NCBI RefSeq assembly: GCF_000006765.1
Contig: NC_002516.2
Length of the DNA stretch: 64,000 nt
Strand: one strand, 5' to 3'
DNA from: Pseudomonas aeruginosa PAO1
GTDB lineage: Bacteria > Pseudomonadota > Gammaproteobacteria > Pseudomonadales > Pseudomonadaceae
Positions 33,540-45,068 of the stretch are shown piece after piece. A model generated the notes under the pieces. The model searched no databases, was not told the origin of the DNA, and worked only from the letters and a program-made list of their open reading frames with translations. Both the position numbers and the translations under genes were made by a program. Positions within the stretch are counted from its first letter, which is position 1. Every line of letters starts with the position of its first letter.

Positions 33540-33556
33540 AGCATGGGGCGTGCCGG
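33540..33556 (-). promoter_or_regulatory. Sigma54 -24/-12 promoter of the fap operon
   Basis: Minus strand CCGGCACGCCCCATGCT, GG-N10-GC. Confidence 0.7.
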
Positions 33557-33574
33557 TTTTGCGTTTTCCTTGTC

Positions 33575-33587
33575 AATCAAGGGCTTG
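33575..33587 (+). promoter_or_regulatory. IHF site
   Basis: AATCAAGGGCTTG, exact match to WATCAANNNNTTR, between the promoter and the UAS. Confidence 0.65.
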
Positions 33588-33618
33588 GAGGTGAGCGCCG
33601 GGGGAACCTGGCGGACAG

Positions 33619-33703
33619 TGTTGCATCCGTGCAACAGCAGGCCCGCCGACCATGGGGTCAAGCCTGCCGGGGAAGCGCCCGGAGCTGTTTCAGCGCCGAG
33701 ACA
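33619..33703. promoter_or_regulatory. Two palindromic upstream activator sites (TGT-N12-ACA)
   Basis: TGTTGCA-TCCG-TGCAACA (33619-33636) and TGTTTCA-GCGC-CGAGACA (33686-33703). Confidence 0.6.
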
Positions 33704-33789
33704 GCTTTCCGCGGCGCCGTCGCGAAACGCTCTGCGCCAAGGGCCGGACTGTGCTGGCGGTGTATCGCTGGCGTGACAGGGCCGGCCCT

Positions 33790-34317
33790 TCAGCCGTCCT
33801 GGAGCAGTCCTTGCACTGCGGCGAAAGCCTGGCGCCGGCGCTCGGCCCAGTCGCCGGCGATGGCGCGGTAGGGCTGCCGATGCCGCTCCAGCCAGGCTTG
33901 GCATTCGCGGTGGAAGGCCTGGCGCTGCGCCAGTTCCGGCTGGCAGCGCTGGCCGTCGGCGCTCCAGGCCACGCCTTCCGGCGAGAGCAGCAGGTGCAGG
34001 TCGTAGCGCCGCCGCAGCAGGGCGGGTTCGAGCCAGTCCGGACAGTCGCCGAAGAGAATCCGGCTCCAGAGGATGTTGCTCAGCAGGTGGGTATCGAGGA
34101 TCAGCAGCGCCGGCCGTTCCGCGCGAGCGGCGTCCTCCCAGGCCAGTTGCCCGCGGGCGATGGCGGGGATGTCGGCGTAGCAGGTGTCGCGGCGCTGTTC
34201 GTCGATGAAGTGGCGGACGTACTCGCCGACCACCCGGCCGCCGAAGCGGGCCTGGAGCTGCTCCGCAAGCCAGCTCTTGCCGCTGGATTCGGGCCCGGTG
34301 AGTACCAGCACCTTCAT
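33790..34317 (-). CDS. NadR-type P-loop kinase/ATPase (kinase domain only)
   Basis: TGPESSGKS, EYVR, GQLAWE, DTHLL and WSADGQR; ATGA overlap with pnuC. Confidence 0.85.
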   Translation of the reverse strand: MKVLVLTGPESSGKSWLAEQLQARFGGRVVGEYVRHFIDEQRRDTCYADIPAIARGQLAWEDAARAERPALLILDTHLLSNILWSRILFGDCPDWLEPALLRRRYDLHLLLSPEGVAWSADGQRCQPELAQRQAFHRECQAWLERHRQPYRAIAGDWAERRRQAFAAVQGLLQDG

Positions 34318-34889
34318 GCGGCGACGCCCTCGCGCAATGCCGGGTCGCGGCGCCAGGTCCGCCAGCCGTGGATCGCCAGCAGGGTGAAGAGGGCGTAGAG
34401 GGCGGCGGTCAGGTACAGCGCCTTGCTGGCGAAGAGCGCCACGAACAGCACGTCCACGGCGATCCACAGGGCCCAGCATTCCAGGCGCTTCTGCGCCATC
34501 CAGCATTGCGCCACCAGGCTGAAGGCGGTCAATCCGGCGTCCCACCAGGGACTGGCGGCATCGGTGTGGTTGGCCATCAGGTAACCGAGCGCGACGCTGC
34601 CGACCAGGCCCGCACCGAGCCCGTAGAGGCGCTGCGCGGCGTTCAGGCGGCTCACCGAGCGGCCGTCGTGGTCCTGCCCGCCGCGGGTCCACTGCCACCA
34701 GCCATAGAGCTGTAGCGCCGCGTAGACCATTTGCAGGAGCATGTCCGAATAAAGCTTCACCTCGAAGAATATCCAGGCGTAGAGCGCCACCATCACCAGG
34801 CCGATAGGCCAGCACCAGGGATTCTGGCGGACGGTCAGGTAGACGGCGATGGCGCCGAGCGAAGCGGCGAAGAGTTCAAGGGGTGACAC
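34314..34889 (-). CDS. pnuC: PnuC-family vitamin/nicotinamide riboside transporter
   Basis: Multiple TM helices, WPIG, LYGWWQW and WALWIAVD. Confidence 0.88.
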   Translation of the reverse strand: MSPLELFAASLGAIAVYLTVRQNPWCWPIGLVMVALYAWIFFEVKLYSDMLLQMVYAALQLYGWWQWTRGGQDHDGRSVSRLNAAQRLYGLGAGLVGSVALGYLMANHTDAASPWWDAGLTAFSLVAQCWMAQKRLECWALWIAVDVLFVALFASKALYLTAALYALFTLLAIHGWRTWRRDPALREGVAA

Positions 34890-35172
34890 GGAAGGCCCTC
34901 ATGCGACGAGGACGCATTGTAGCGAATGTATCCGGCGCTTCGCGAAGACCAGGGCGGAGGGGACGGGCGCGGACAGATTTGTTCAGACGCCGGCTGGCAA
35001 GAATTCCAAGATTCCTGGCCGGCCGCTCTGGTAGCATGCCCGCCGGTTTCGACTTCGGCAGTGGGGGAACTGGTCGGGTTCTTCGGAGTCGTAAGGCCTT
35101 CATAAAAGACGGCGAGTGTATCGCCGAGAACAACGAAAGCTCGTTCGGGACAGTAGTAGAAGGGGGAGAAAC

Positions 35173-36006
35173 ATGGAGTGGTGGACTGCTTTCCAGGCGT
35201 TCATCCTGGGCGTCGTGGAGGGGCTGACCGAGTTCCTGCCGATTTCCAGCACCGGGCACCAGATCATCGTCGCCGACCTCATCGGCTTCGGCGGCGAACG
35301 CGCCAAGGCGTTCAACATCATCATCCAACTGGCGGCGATCCTCGCTGTCGTCTGGGAATTTCGGGGAAAGATCTTTCAAGTCGTCCGTGACCTGCCGAGC
35401 CAGCGCCAGGCCCAGCGTTTCACCGCCAACCTGCTGATCGCGTTCTTCCCGGCGGTAGTCCTCGGCGTCCTGTTCGCCGACCTGATCCACGAGTGGCTGT
35501 TCAATCCGATCACCGTCGCCCTGGCGCTGGTGGTGGGCGGGGTGGTCATGCTCTGGGCCGAGCGCCGGAAGCATGTGATCCGCGCCGAACACGTCGACGA
35601 CATGACCTGGAAGGACGCCCTGAAGATCGGCTGTGCCCAGTGCCTGGCGATGATCCCCGGCACCTCGCGGTCCGGCGCGACCATCATCGGCGGCCTGCTG
35701 TTCGGCCTTTCGCGCAAGGCGGCCACCGAGTTCTCGTTCTTCCTGGCGATGCCGACCATGGTCGGCGCGGCGGTCTATTCCGGATACGTGTACCGCGACC
35801 TGTTCCGCCCCGAGGACCTGCCGGTGTTCGCCGTCGGCTTCGTCACCTCGTTCGTCTTCGCCATGCTGGCGGTGCGTGCCTTGCTGAAGTTCATCGGCAA
35901 CCACAGCTACGCGGCTTTCGCCTGGTATCGGATCGCCTTCGGCCTGCTGATCCTGGCGACCTGGCAATTCCACCTGATCGACTGGAGCACCGCCGGCGAG
36001 GTGTGA
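35173..36006 (+). CDS. uppP: Undecaprenyl-diphosphatase (BacA)
   Basis: [17 protein letters not shown] and PGTSRSGAT. Confidence 0.96.
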   Translation: MEWWTAFQAFILGVVEGLTEFLPISSTGHQIIVADLIGFGGERAKAFNIIIQLAAILAVVWEFRGKIFQVVRDLPSQRQAQRFTANLLIAFFPAVVLGVLFADLIHEWLFNPITVALALVVGGVVMLWAERRKHVIRAEHVDDMTWKDALKIGCAQCLAMIPGTSRSGATIIGGLLFGLSRKAATEFSFFLAMPTMVGAAVYSGYVYRDLFRPEDLPVFAVGFVTSFVFAMLAVRALLKFIGNHSYAAFAWYRIAFGLLILATWQFHLIDWSTAGEV

Positions 36007-36024
36007 GGCCCGGGAACAGGCAAG

Positions 36025-36051
36025 AGGCGCGGCGCGAGCCGCGCCTTTTTT
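36025..36051 (+). terminator. Rho-independent terminator after uppP
   Basis: AGGCGCGGC-GCGA-GCCGCGCCT followed by a T-tract. Confidence 0.8.
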
Positions 36052-36115
36052 CGTCTGGCCGCCGCGGGTGGCTAGAATGCAGCGCGAAACGGGTAGCGAG
36101 CGAGTGGATGTGGAT

Positions 36116-36799
36116 ATGGAAAAGCCGGGCATGATCAGCCGCTGGTATGACGACAAGGGCTTCGGCTTCATCCTGCCGAAGACCGGCGGGGAAGAAGTCT
36201 TCCTGCATATCTCCGCGTTCCGCGGCGACCGCCGTCCTCGCCAGGGCGACCAGGTGTGGTTTCTCGCCAGCCAGGATGCCCAGGGCCGCCTGCGCGCCGA
36301 GAGGGCGCGGCTGGACGCGCTGACCATCGATCCGCCGACTGTCCGCCGTGGCGCCCAGGCGCCGGTGACGCGGGCCCAGGCGCGGCCGGCGCCGACTCCG
36401 CCGAGCGCGTTGCAGCGCCCGTTGGCGAAGCTGCTGGTCCTGCTGATCCTCTGCGTGCTGCCGGCCGCTGGCGCCTGGCGGATGTACCTGGACGGACAGG
36501 CCCTCTGGCCGCTGCTGGCCTATCCGCTGGCCAGCCTGCTCGCATTCGCCCTCTACTGGCGGGACAAGCGCAGCGCCGCACGCGGCGACTGGCGTACCCC
36601 GGAGGTCCGCCTGCACCTGTTCGAGCTGCTCGGCGGCTGGCCTGGCGCGCTGGTCGCGCAGCAGGTATTCCGCCACAAGACCCGCAAGCTCTCGTTCCAA
36701 CTGGTGTTCTGGGGCATCGTCCTGCTGCACCAGCTGTTCTGGCTCGACAGCCTGCTCGGCGGGCGCCTGTCCGCCGCGCTGTTGCAGTGGATCGGCTGA
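36116..36799 (+). CDS. Cold-shock domain plus DUF1294-type membrane protein; start uncertain
   Basis: WYDDKGFGFI and VFLHISAF (CSD); DKRSA..GDWRTPE..LH...GGWPGA (DUF1294-like). Confidence 0.85.
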   Translation: MEKPGMISRWYDDKGFGFILPKTGGEEVFLHISAFRGDRRPRQGDQVWFLASQDAQGRLRAERARLDALTIDPPTVRRGAQAPVTRAQARPAPTPPSALQRPLAKLLVLLILCVLPAAGAWRMYLDGQALWPLLAYPLASLLAFALYWRDKRSAARGDWRTPEVRLHLFELLGGWPGALVAQQVFRHKTRKLSFQLVFWGIVLLHQLFWLDSLLGGRLSAALLQWIG

Positions 36800-36809
36800 A
36801 CGGCGCGGC

Positions 36810-37745
36810 TCACTCGCGGGCGCGGCGGTAGGCCGGGCCGGTCTCGCCCGAGGGGCGTTGCAGGGCTTCCACGAGAAAGTCGATCAAGGCACGGATCGCC
36901 GGAATCTGGCTGCTGCGCGGCAGGTAGGCGGCCTGCATGGTGCTTTTCGGCAAGGTCCACTGCGGCAGGATGCGCACCAGGCTGCCATCGGCCAGTTCCC
37001 TGTCGCAGTAGCCTTCGGGCAGCAGGGTGACGCCGAGGCCGGCCACGGCGGCTTTCTTGCGCAGGACGAAGTCGTCGACGCCCAGGCGCGGTTCGCGTTC
37101 CAACTGGTAGCGGCTGCCATCCGGCCCGATCAGGGTCGCGTGGACCTTGCGGTCGTTATGAATAGCGCCGAGGAAGGGCAGGTCTTCGAGGTCTTCCGGA
37201 TGTTCCAGGCGACGCCCGGCGATCAGCGACGGGGCGGCGAGGATCTGCGTGGTCGCCGGAGCCAGGCGCCGGCAGACCAGCGCAGGGTCCTCGTCGCCGA
37301 GTTCGCGCACGCGCAGTGCCACGTCCACCCCCTCGTTGAGCAGGTCGACCCGGCGGTTGGTCAGGAGGATTTCCAGCTGGACCTGCGGGTGTCGTTCGAG
37401 AAACCGCGGCAACAGGTCGGCCAGGTTGCTCGAAGCCATGGCCACCGGTGCGGAAAGGCGCAGCCGGCCACGCGGCTCGACGCTCAGCTCGGCGATCACC
37501 TGGTCGGCCATCTCCGCTTCCAGCAGCAGGTTGCGGCAGTGCTGCAGGTAGCGTTCGCCGACCTCCGTGAGCGCCAGCTTGCGTGTCGTGCGGTGCAGCA
37601 GGCGCACCTGAAGGCGCTCCTCCAGCTCGGCGATGCGCCGCGACAGGCGCGACTTGGGAATCCCCGTCTCGCGTCCGGCCGCGGCGAAGCCGCCGCATTC
37701 CACCACCTTGGCGAAGTAGTAGAGGTCGTTGAGGTCGTGGGGCAT
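36810..37745 (-). CDS. LysR-family regulator (CrgA-like), divergent from azoR2
   Basis: Lys[18 protein letters not shown]...[11 protein letters not shown]. Confidence 0.92.
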   Translation of the reverse strand: MPHDLNDLYYFAKVVECGGFAAAGRETGIPKSRLSRRIAELEERLQVRLLHRTTRKLALTEVGERYLQHCRNLLLEAEMADQVIAELSVEPRGRLRLSAPVAMASSNLADLLPRFLERHPQVQLEILLTNRRVDLLNEGVDVALRVRELGDEDPALVCRRLAPATTQILAAPSLIAGRRLEHPEDLEDLPFLGAIHNDRKVHATLIGPDGSRYQLEREPRLGVDDFVLRKKAAVAGLGVTLLPEGYCDRELADGSLVRILPQWTLPKSTMQAAYLPRSSQIPAIRALIDFLVEALQRPSGETGPAYRRARE

Positions 37746-37893
37746 GCAGGCGCTCCGCTGGGGGGAAAAACAGATTGTCCTATGTGTGGGACGAATAGTC
37801 ATGTTTCTACCGACTAATCGTCGATTGGCCTTGCCGGTAGGATGCAAACCACTCGATCGCCACACTGCGATCCCCCACTTTCAGGAGCGAGAC

Positions 37894-38502
37894 ATGAAAC
37901 TTTTGCATATCGATTCCAGCATCCTCGGCGACGCCTCCGCTTCCCGCCAACTGAGCGCCGAGCTGGTCCAGGCCTGGCGGCAGAACGAAGACGGGCTTGA
38001 CGTCACCTACCGCGACCTGGCCGCCGACGCGGTGGCGCATTTCTCCGCCCTGACCCTGGCCGCCGGCAGCACCCCGGCGGAGCTGCGCGATGCCGCGCTG
38101 AAGCATGAAGTCGCGGTGGGTGAAGAAGTGCTGGAAGAGTTCCTCGCCGCCGACGTCGTGGTAATCGGCGCGCCGATGTACAACTTCACCATCTCCAGCC
38201 AGCTCAAGGCCTGGATCGATCGCATCGCGGTCGCCGGCAAGACCTTCCGCTACACCGAGAACGGCCCGGTTGGCCTGGCCGGCGACAAGAAAGTGGTGAT
38301 CGTCTCCACCGCCGGTGGCGTGCATGCCGGCCAGCCGACCGGCGCGGCCCACGAAGGCTACCTGCGCACCGTGCTGGGTTTCTTCGGCATCACCGATATC
38401 GAAGTGGTTCGCGCCGAAGGCCTGGCCTATGGCGAGGAGCCCCGCACCCAGGCCATCGCCGCCGCCCGCCGGCAGATCGCCGGGCAGTTCGCCGCGGCCT
38501 GA
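37894..38502 (+). CDS. azoR2: FMN-dependent NADH azoreductase
   Basis: [23 protein letters not shown] and STAGG. Confidence 0.9.
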   Translation: MKLLHIDSSILGDASASRQLSAELVQAWRQNEDGLDVTYRDLAADAVAHFSALTLAAGSTPAELRDAALKHEVAVGEEVLEEFLAADVVVIGAPMYNFTISSQLKAWIDRIAVAGKTFRYTENGPVGLAGDKKVVIVSTAGGVHAGQPTGAAHEGYLRTVLGFFGITDIEVVRAEGLAYGEEPRTQAIAAARRQIAGQFAAA

Positions 38503-38517
38503 TCCCCGCGTCATCGG

Positions 38518-38541
38518 AAAACCCCGCTTCGGCGGGTTTTT
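38518..38541 (+). terminator. Terminator after azoR2
   Basis: AAAACCCCGC-TTCG-GCGGGTTTT. Confidence 0.7.
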
Positions 38542-38608
38542 CGCGTTGTGCGCAGCGGCGCGCTGCGTGTAGATTGGCCGGACAATTACAAGCACAAGGA
38601 ACCGGCCT

Positions 38609-38875
38609 GTGAGCGCGTGTTACTGCCGCAACTGCGGCGCCCGAGCGACCCGTCTCGTCGAGAACGGCATCTGCGAAGCCTGCAAGCGGCGCTCGGACAT
38701 CAATCCGAAGAACGTCCTGATCGCCGCCGCCCTGATCGTCTACATCGGGGTGAACGTGGCTGCCTACATCAAGGACCACCCGCCCCGCGAGCTGACCGCC
38801 GAACAGCGCGAGAAGATCGCCGAGGGCCAGCGCCTGGCGACCCGCGCGGCGATGATGGCCGGCTACGTCGACTGA
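38609..38875 (+). CDS. Small hypothetical membrane protein with two CxxC motifs
   Basis: GTG start; CRNC...CEAC followed by one TM helix. Confidence 0.75.
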   Translation: MSACYCRNCGARATRLVENGICEACKRRSDINPKNVLIAAALIVYIGVNVAAYIKDHPPRELTAEQREKIAEGQRLATRAAMMAGYVD

Positions 38876-38916
38876 GTCGCGCTCCCCATAGGCCCTGCGC
38901 GTCCATGCCGGAATGA

Positions 38917-38942
38917 AAAAGCCCCGCGGATGCGGGGCTTTT
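38917..38942. terminator. Bidirectional terminator
   Basis: AAAAGCCCCGC-GGAT-GCGGGGCTTTT between convergent genes. Confidence 0.85.
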
Positions 38943-38960
38943 GCGTTGCGCGACGGGGAC

Positions 38961-40550
<1,590 letters not shown>

Positions 40551-40853
40551 CTTCTTTACCTATAGAGGACTTACGCACGCCTGGACCATGGCGATACCGG
40601 TCTGCTGCCGGTCTCGGCTTTCCGCTGCGCTCCATCTGGAGCATGGGGCGATCCTGCGGGCATTCGTGGAGTGCCGCAGCCAGCGTCATGACGTGGCTGT
40701 AGCGCGATGAAGGCGGGGTGTGATGCCTGGCATTCGGCGAATTGTCTCACAGGTCCGCCTGCCGTTGCATGACAGCGTACGCCGAAGCGGTTTTTCCCGC
40801 TGCCCGGCAGGTGGTAGAGTCCCGTCTTCCGCTCATCCGCAAAGGACTCCCCG

Positions 40854-41189
40854 ATGAAGCCCGCTGTTCTCCCCGCGTTGTTGGTTCTGTCGCTGCTGGG
40901 CGGTTGCGGGGATTCATCGACGGACGGAAAGGCCGCTTCCGGGCCGCTGGCGTTGCACTGCGGAGACTTCGGCAAACTCGAGGTGATCGACGGTTTCGCC
41001 AGTCTAAAGCTGCCCGACGGCAGCAGCGTCCAGTCGCTGGGCGGCGATGTCCGCAGCCTCGCCGATGGCCAGGCGCTGAGCGCGATTTCCTATAGCGACG
41101 GTTCGGTCCTGTACCGCCAGGCGGGCGACACGCCCGGCTACCTGTACACGCCGGCCAAAGGCCAGCGGCAGGCCTGCGAGACGCGCTGA
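40854..41189 (+). CDS. Hypothetical lipoprotein
   Basis: Lipobox LLGGC; AAGGA RBS. Confidence 0.75.
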   Translation: MKPAVLPALLVLSLLGGCGDSSTDGKAASGPLALHCGDFGKLEVIDGFASLKLPDGSSVQSLGGDVRSLADGQALSAISYSDGSVLYRQAGDTPGYLYTPAKGQRQACETR

Positions 41190-41471
41190 ACGATCCCGCC
41201 GGAGGGAATGCCCATGCCCGGTGCCGCCGATATTGTCCGTCATCACGACAGCGACCCGCTGGAAAATCCCTGGGTCGACGGCCAGCCGCCAAGCGCGGCG
41301 AGCAACGGGTGGCGGACTACAACCGGTGCAAGGAGCCGCTGATCCGCGCCATCTACGCGCGGGTTTTCGCGGCCGCCGGGTTGATCTGAGCCACGCAGGC
41401 GCAGGCCGGCTGTCGCATCGCTCGTCGAGCCGCTAGAATCCCGCTCCCCATTCCCCGCAAGGCCCGCCAGC

Positions 41472-41843
41472 ATGCCGCATCTCGTCATCGAAGCCACTGC
41501 CAACCTCCGCCTCGAAACGTCCCCCGGCGAACTGCTGGAGCAGGCCAATGCCGCGCTGTTCGCTTCCGGGCAATTCGGCGAGGCGGACATCAAGTCGCGC
41601 TTCGTCACCCTGGAGGCCTACCGGCAGGGAACCGCGGCGGTCGAGCGCGCCTACCTGCATGCCTGCCTGTCGATCCTCGACGGGCGCGACGCGGCGACCC
41701 GCCAGGCGCTGGGCGAGTCGCTCTGCGAGGTGCTCGCCGGAGCGGTGGCGGGCGGCGGCGAGGAGGGCGTGCAGGTCAGCGTCGAAGTGCGCGAGATGGA
41801 GCGCGCCAGCTACGCCAAGCGCGTCGTCGCCCGGCAGCGCTGA
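41472..41843 (+). CDS. 5-carboxymethyl-2-hydroxymuconate isomerase-like (tautomerase) protein
   Basis: N-terminal MPHLVIE (catalytic Pro), DIKSR and ILDGRD. Confidence 0.85.
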   Translation: MPHLVIEATANLRLETSPGELLEQANAALFASGQFGEADIKSRFVTLEAYRQGTAAVERAYLHACLSILDGRDAATRQALGESLCEVLAGAVAGGGEEGVQVSVEVREMERASYAKRVVARQR

Positions 41844-41863
41844 GAGACTGGCGCGCGCCTGGC

Positions 41864-42364
41864 TCAGATCCAGGCGTTCAGCGTCGCGCGGGCCTGCGTC
41901 GGGTCCTCTTGCCGTCCCGGCGCCTGGCCGTTCTGCATGGCGATCATCTCGCGCATGCGTTCGCCGATGCCTTTCTCCACCTGTTCGCGTTTCTCCGGCG
42001 GCATCGCGTCCAGTTCCTCCTCGGTCAGGCCGAGGCTCTTCAGGACCTGCTCGCGCATCCGCTCGGCAGGCGATTTCTGCATGTACTCCTTGAACTCTTC
42101 ATAGGCCGACTTGCCTTCGCTGGCGCCGGCAGGGGCATTCGCCTGGTTCTGCTTCAGCGTCAGGTTCAGCTTCGCAAAACCCTCGTCCATGGCCTGGCGG
42201 GCGGACTCCGCGGCGGGATCGACGGCCTCGTTGCGCAATGGCGTGCCAAGGGCGGGGCGCGGTTTCCGCAGATCGCCGTTGCCGATCTCGGTGTTGGCTT
42301 GCCGCTGGTTGTTCAGGTAACGCGCAGACCAGCCGGAAAGGCTGGCGGGACCTATGCTGTTCAT
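41864..42364 (-). CDS. Hypothetical protein (166 aa)
   Basis: Start at MNSIG; AYEEF.EYM.KSPAERMREQVLKSLGLTEEELDAMPPEKR motif; GGAAG RBS. Confidence 0.75.
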   Translation of the reverse strand: MNSIGPASLSGWSARYLNNQRQANTEIGNGDLRKPRPALGTPLRNEAVDPAAESARQAMDEGFAKLNLTLKQNQANAPAGASEGKSAYEEFKEYMQKSPAERMREQVLKSLGLTEEELDAMPPEKREQVEKGIGERMREMIAMQNGQAPGRQEDPTQARATLNAWI

Positions 42365-42401
42365 GACCTGCTTCCATGGAAATGAATGACCGCCGCTCCG
42401 T

Positions 42402-42418
42402 CGCAAGGGCCGTGCCAG
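42402..42418 (-). promoter_or_regulatory. Sigma54 promoter upstream of the 166-aa gene
   Basis: Minus strand CTGGCACGGCCCTTGCG, exact TGGCAC-N5-TTGC. Confidence 0.75.
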
Positions 42419-42547
42419 GTCGCCGAACCCCGCGCCAGAGGGCTCGGCGCATGGCGCAGGCGGGGCGGAGGCAAGCGCTTGCCGCGAACGGCAACGGCGT
42501 TCCGCGGTTAGAATGTCCGACTTGTGCAGCAGGTTGCGAAGAGAGCC

Positions 42548-42781
42548 ATGACCGACACTCCCGACGATCGAACCGGAGAGGCCTCCGGTCTGTCGAAGCG
42601 CCAGGCATTCCATCGGCAGCACCGGCAACGGGCGGAGGAAGAGGCGCGGCGCCTGCTCGACGCCCGCGCCGAACAGGGCGGCCGCTGGCTGGACTGGGTC
42701 GCGGGCCAGCTCTACCTCCTGCGTCCGCCGGAATACGCGGCCATGGTGCGTCGCGAACTGCAGCGCCTGAGCGGCGACTGA
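42548..42781 (+). CDS. Small hypothetical protein (77 aa)
   Basis: GAGAG RBS, typical codon usage. Confidence 0.6.
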   Translation: MTDTPDDRTGEASGLSKRQAFHRQHRQRAEEEARRLLDARAEQGGRWLDWVAGQLYLLRPPEYAAMVRRELQRLSGD

Positions 42782-42872
42782 AGCTGGCGAATTTGTCAGC
42801 GCGGATTGCAGTTTCGCCAGGAAACCCATGCCACTGGTAAGGTGGCGATCCCAGAAGATCAGAGGAGGCGGT

Positions 42873-43220
42873 ATGCCTTTGAAGCAGTTTTCCAGTGCAC
42901 TCGTTCTCGCGGCCCTGCTCGCCGGTTGCAGCAGCAACGGCGACGGCCCGTCCACCGAAGGCGCCAGCGTAGCCACCGGCAGCGCCAGCGCGCCCGCGGC
43001 CACCCCGGCAGCGGATGGCCGTTGCGACGCCAACGCGGTGCAGGCCTATGTCGGCAAGCAGGCTTCCGCGGCCATCGTCGAGGAGGCCCGCCGCGCCGCC
43101 GGAGCGGAAGTCGCCCGGGCGCTGCGCCCGCACGATGCGGTGACCATGGACTACAACCCGCGCCGGCTGAACATCGATGTCGACGACACGCTGGTGATCA
43201 AGCGCCTGTCCTGCGGCTGA
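42873..43220 (+). CDS. Lipoprotein of the peptidase inhibitor I78 family
   Basis: Lipobox LLAGC; C-terminal VTMDYNPRRLNIDVD...LSCG; GGAGG RBS. Confidence 0.85.
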   Translation: MPLKQFSSALVLAALLAGCSSNGDGPSTEGASVATGSASAPAATPAADGRCDANAVQAYVGKQASAAIVEEARRAAGAEVARALRPHDAVTMDYNPRRLNIDVDDTLVIKRLSCG

Positions 43221-43240
43221 CCGCCCAGCCCCGAATACGA

Positions 43241-43267
43241 AGAAGCCCCGCATCGCGGGGCTTTCTC
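43241..43267. terminator. Bidirectional terminator
   Basis: AGAAGCCCCG-CATCG-CGGGGCTTTCT between convergent genes. Confidence 0.75.
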
Positions 43268-43286
43268 TTGGCCGTTCGACGAGGCC

Positions 43287-43526
43287 TCAGATGGCGGTAC
43301 TGCGTAGGGCGGCGTTGGACTGGCTGACGGCGGTTTGCGGTTTTTCCTCGAGAATTGCCTGACGCTTGGCCTGGTATTCCTCGAACGACAGGCTGCGCCG
43401 GGCCAGGTCCTCCAGCGCCAGTTGCCTGACCTCGTCGCTGCTGTACGGGCGAGAGGGGTTGTAGTCGCTGGCGCAGCCGGCGAGGGCGAGGGAGAACAAC
43501 AGTACGCTGATGAGTGCCTTGGCCAT
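43287..43526 (-). CDS. Small lipoprotein (79 aa)
   Basis: Lipobox LALAGC; AGGAG RBS. Confidence 0.82.
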   Translation of the reverse strand: MAKALISVLLFSLALAGCASDYNPSRPYSSDEVRQLALEDLARRSLSFEEYQAKRQAILEEKPQTAVSQSNAALRSTAI

Positions 43527-43595
43527 GACCGGCTCCTGGATTCGCTTTCCTGGGGGAATGGTCGAAAGGCTAACAACCGCGCCGCTGCGCTAGAA

Positions 43596-43619
43596 ATCAT
43601 CCTGCTCGATAGTGCTTAT
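43596..43619 (+). promoter_or_regulatory. MexT-like LysR box upstream of the 79-aa lipoprotein
   Basis: ATCA-TCCTG-CTCGAT-AGTG-CTTAT; contains ATC-N9-GAT. Confidence 0.55.
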
Positions 43620-43754
43620 TCGTTCGGCTGAACGCGGGAAGAAGCGCTGCCGGCGGCGCCAGCCGGGCCGTGGGGTGGACGACGCGATTGGCGCCGCCCG
43701 CCGGCATGTCCCGCGCTCGGCCGGGAGAACAAGCGGCAGGCCGCTGGGGCCTGC

Positions 43755-45068
43755 TCAGGCGGCGACTTGCGCAGGCTTGCCCAGCAGGCGGTCGACCAGG
43801 CTGCAGGCGGCGAGAGTGGCGACCGAGGGGATCAACCAGGCCAGGCCCTGTTCGGCCAGCGGCAGGTGCAGCAGCCATTGCGGGAAGTCCTGGCCCAGGC
43901 CCGCCGCCTTCAGGGCATCGAGCACGCCGAACGCCAGGGAAACCAGCATCACCGGGGCGAGGATGCGCGTCGCCGAATGCCAGAGGCCGATGCAGAAGCT
44001 CAGCGCCACCAGCACGATGCACGGCGGATAGATCGCGGTGAGCACCGGGATCGAGACCTGGATCAGCTTGGTCAGGCCGAGGTTGGAAACGATGAAGGAG
44101 AACCCTGCCAGTATGATCACCAGGCTGCGGTAGGACAGCGGCAGGCGCTGGCAGAAGTACTCGGCGCAGGCGCAGGTCAGGCCGACCGCGGTGACCAGGC
44201 AGGCCAGCGCGATAAGTCCCGCCAGGAACGAGCTGCCGAGGCTGCCGAAGGTATGTTGCACGTAGGCATGCAGGACCGCCGCGCCGTTGCTGGCGTCGGC
44301 GGCGATGGCATGGCTGCCGGCGCCGAGCCGGAACAGGCTGACGTAGACCAGCACCAGGCCGACACCGGCGATCAGCCCGGCGACGATGGCATAGCGGGTG
44401 ATCAGACGCGGCGACTGCACGCCGCGGGAACGGATGGCGTTGACGATGACGATGCCGAAGACCAGCGCGGCGAGGGTGTCCATGGTCAGGTAGCCGTTGA
44501 CGAAACCCTGGGAGAACGCGGCCTGGGTGTACTCCGGCTGGGCCGTGCCGATCGGGCCGGCAGGCCAGAGGAAGGCGGCGACGCCGAGAATCGCCAGGGC
44601 GAGGATCTTCAGCGGGGCGAGGAAGCGTCCGACGGTGTCCAGCAGGCGACCGGGGTAGAGGGAGATGGCCAGGGCCAGAAGGAAGTACGCCAGGCTGTAG
44701 ACGAACAGCGCCGTGCCGCTCTCGCCGAGCAGCGGCACCACGCCGACCTCGAAGGACACCGTGGCGGTGCGCGGAATGGCGAACAGCGGGCCGACCGCCA
44801 GGTAGCAGACCGCCGCCAGCAGGCCGCCGGCATACCTACCGATCGGATGGCTGAGGGCGTCGACCGAACCGCCGACCTTGGCCAGGGCGATCACGGTGAT
44901 CACCGGCAGCCCCACCGCGGTGATCAGGAAGCCCAGCGCCGCCAGCCACACATGGGGGCCGGACTGCAAGCCGACGATGGGCGGGAAGATGATGTTGCCG
45001 GCCCCGACGAACAGGGCAAAGGTCATAAAACCAAGCGCCAGGATGTCCCGGCCTTTCAAAGCGTTCAT
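43755..45068 (-). CDS. braZ: Branched-chain amino acid:cation symporter (BrnQ family)
   Basis: [27 protein letters not shown] and [10 protein letters not shown]; 437 aa. Confidence 0.92.
   Translation of the reverse strand: MNALKGRDILALGFMTFALFVGAGNIIFPPIVGLQSGPHVWLAALGFLITAVGLPVITVIALAKVGGSVDALSHPIGRYAGGLLAAVCYLAVGPLFAIPRTATVSFEVGVVPLLGESGTALFVYSLAYFLLALAISLYPGRLLDTVGRFLAPLKILALAILGVAAFLWPAGPIGTAQPEYTQAAFSQGFVNGYLTMDTLAALVFGIVIVNAIRSRGVQSPRLITRYAIVAGLIAGVGLVLVYVSLFRLGAGSHAIAADASNGAAVLHAYVQHTFGSLGSSFLAGLIALACLVTAVGLTCACAEYFCQRLPLSYRSLVIILAGFSFIVSNLGLTKLIQVSIPVLTAIYPPCIVLVALSFCIGLWHSATRILAPVMLVSLAFGVLDALKAAGLGQDFPQWLLHLPLAEQGLAWLIPSVATLAACSLVDRLLGKPAQVAA

Noticed and set aside
40560-40589. 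9-codon uORF (MVQACVSPL) before the ABC-F gene
   Set aside because: No RBS and no attenuator structure was evident; likely chance.
42365-43033. Upstream extension of the 389-aa ORF 41864-43033
   Set aside because: It overlaps two plausible plus-strand genes, and a sigma54 promoter plus RBS support the start at 42364.
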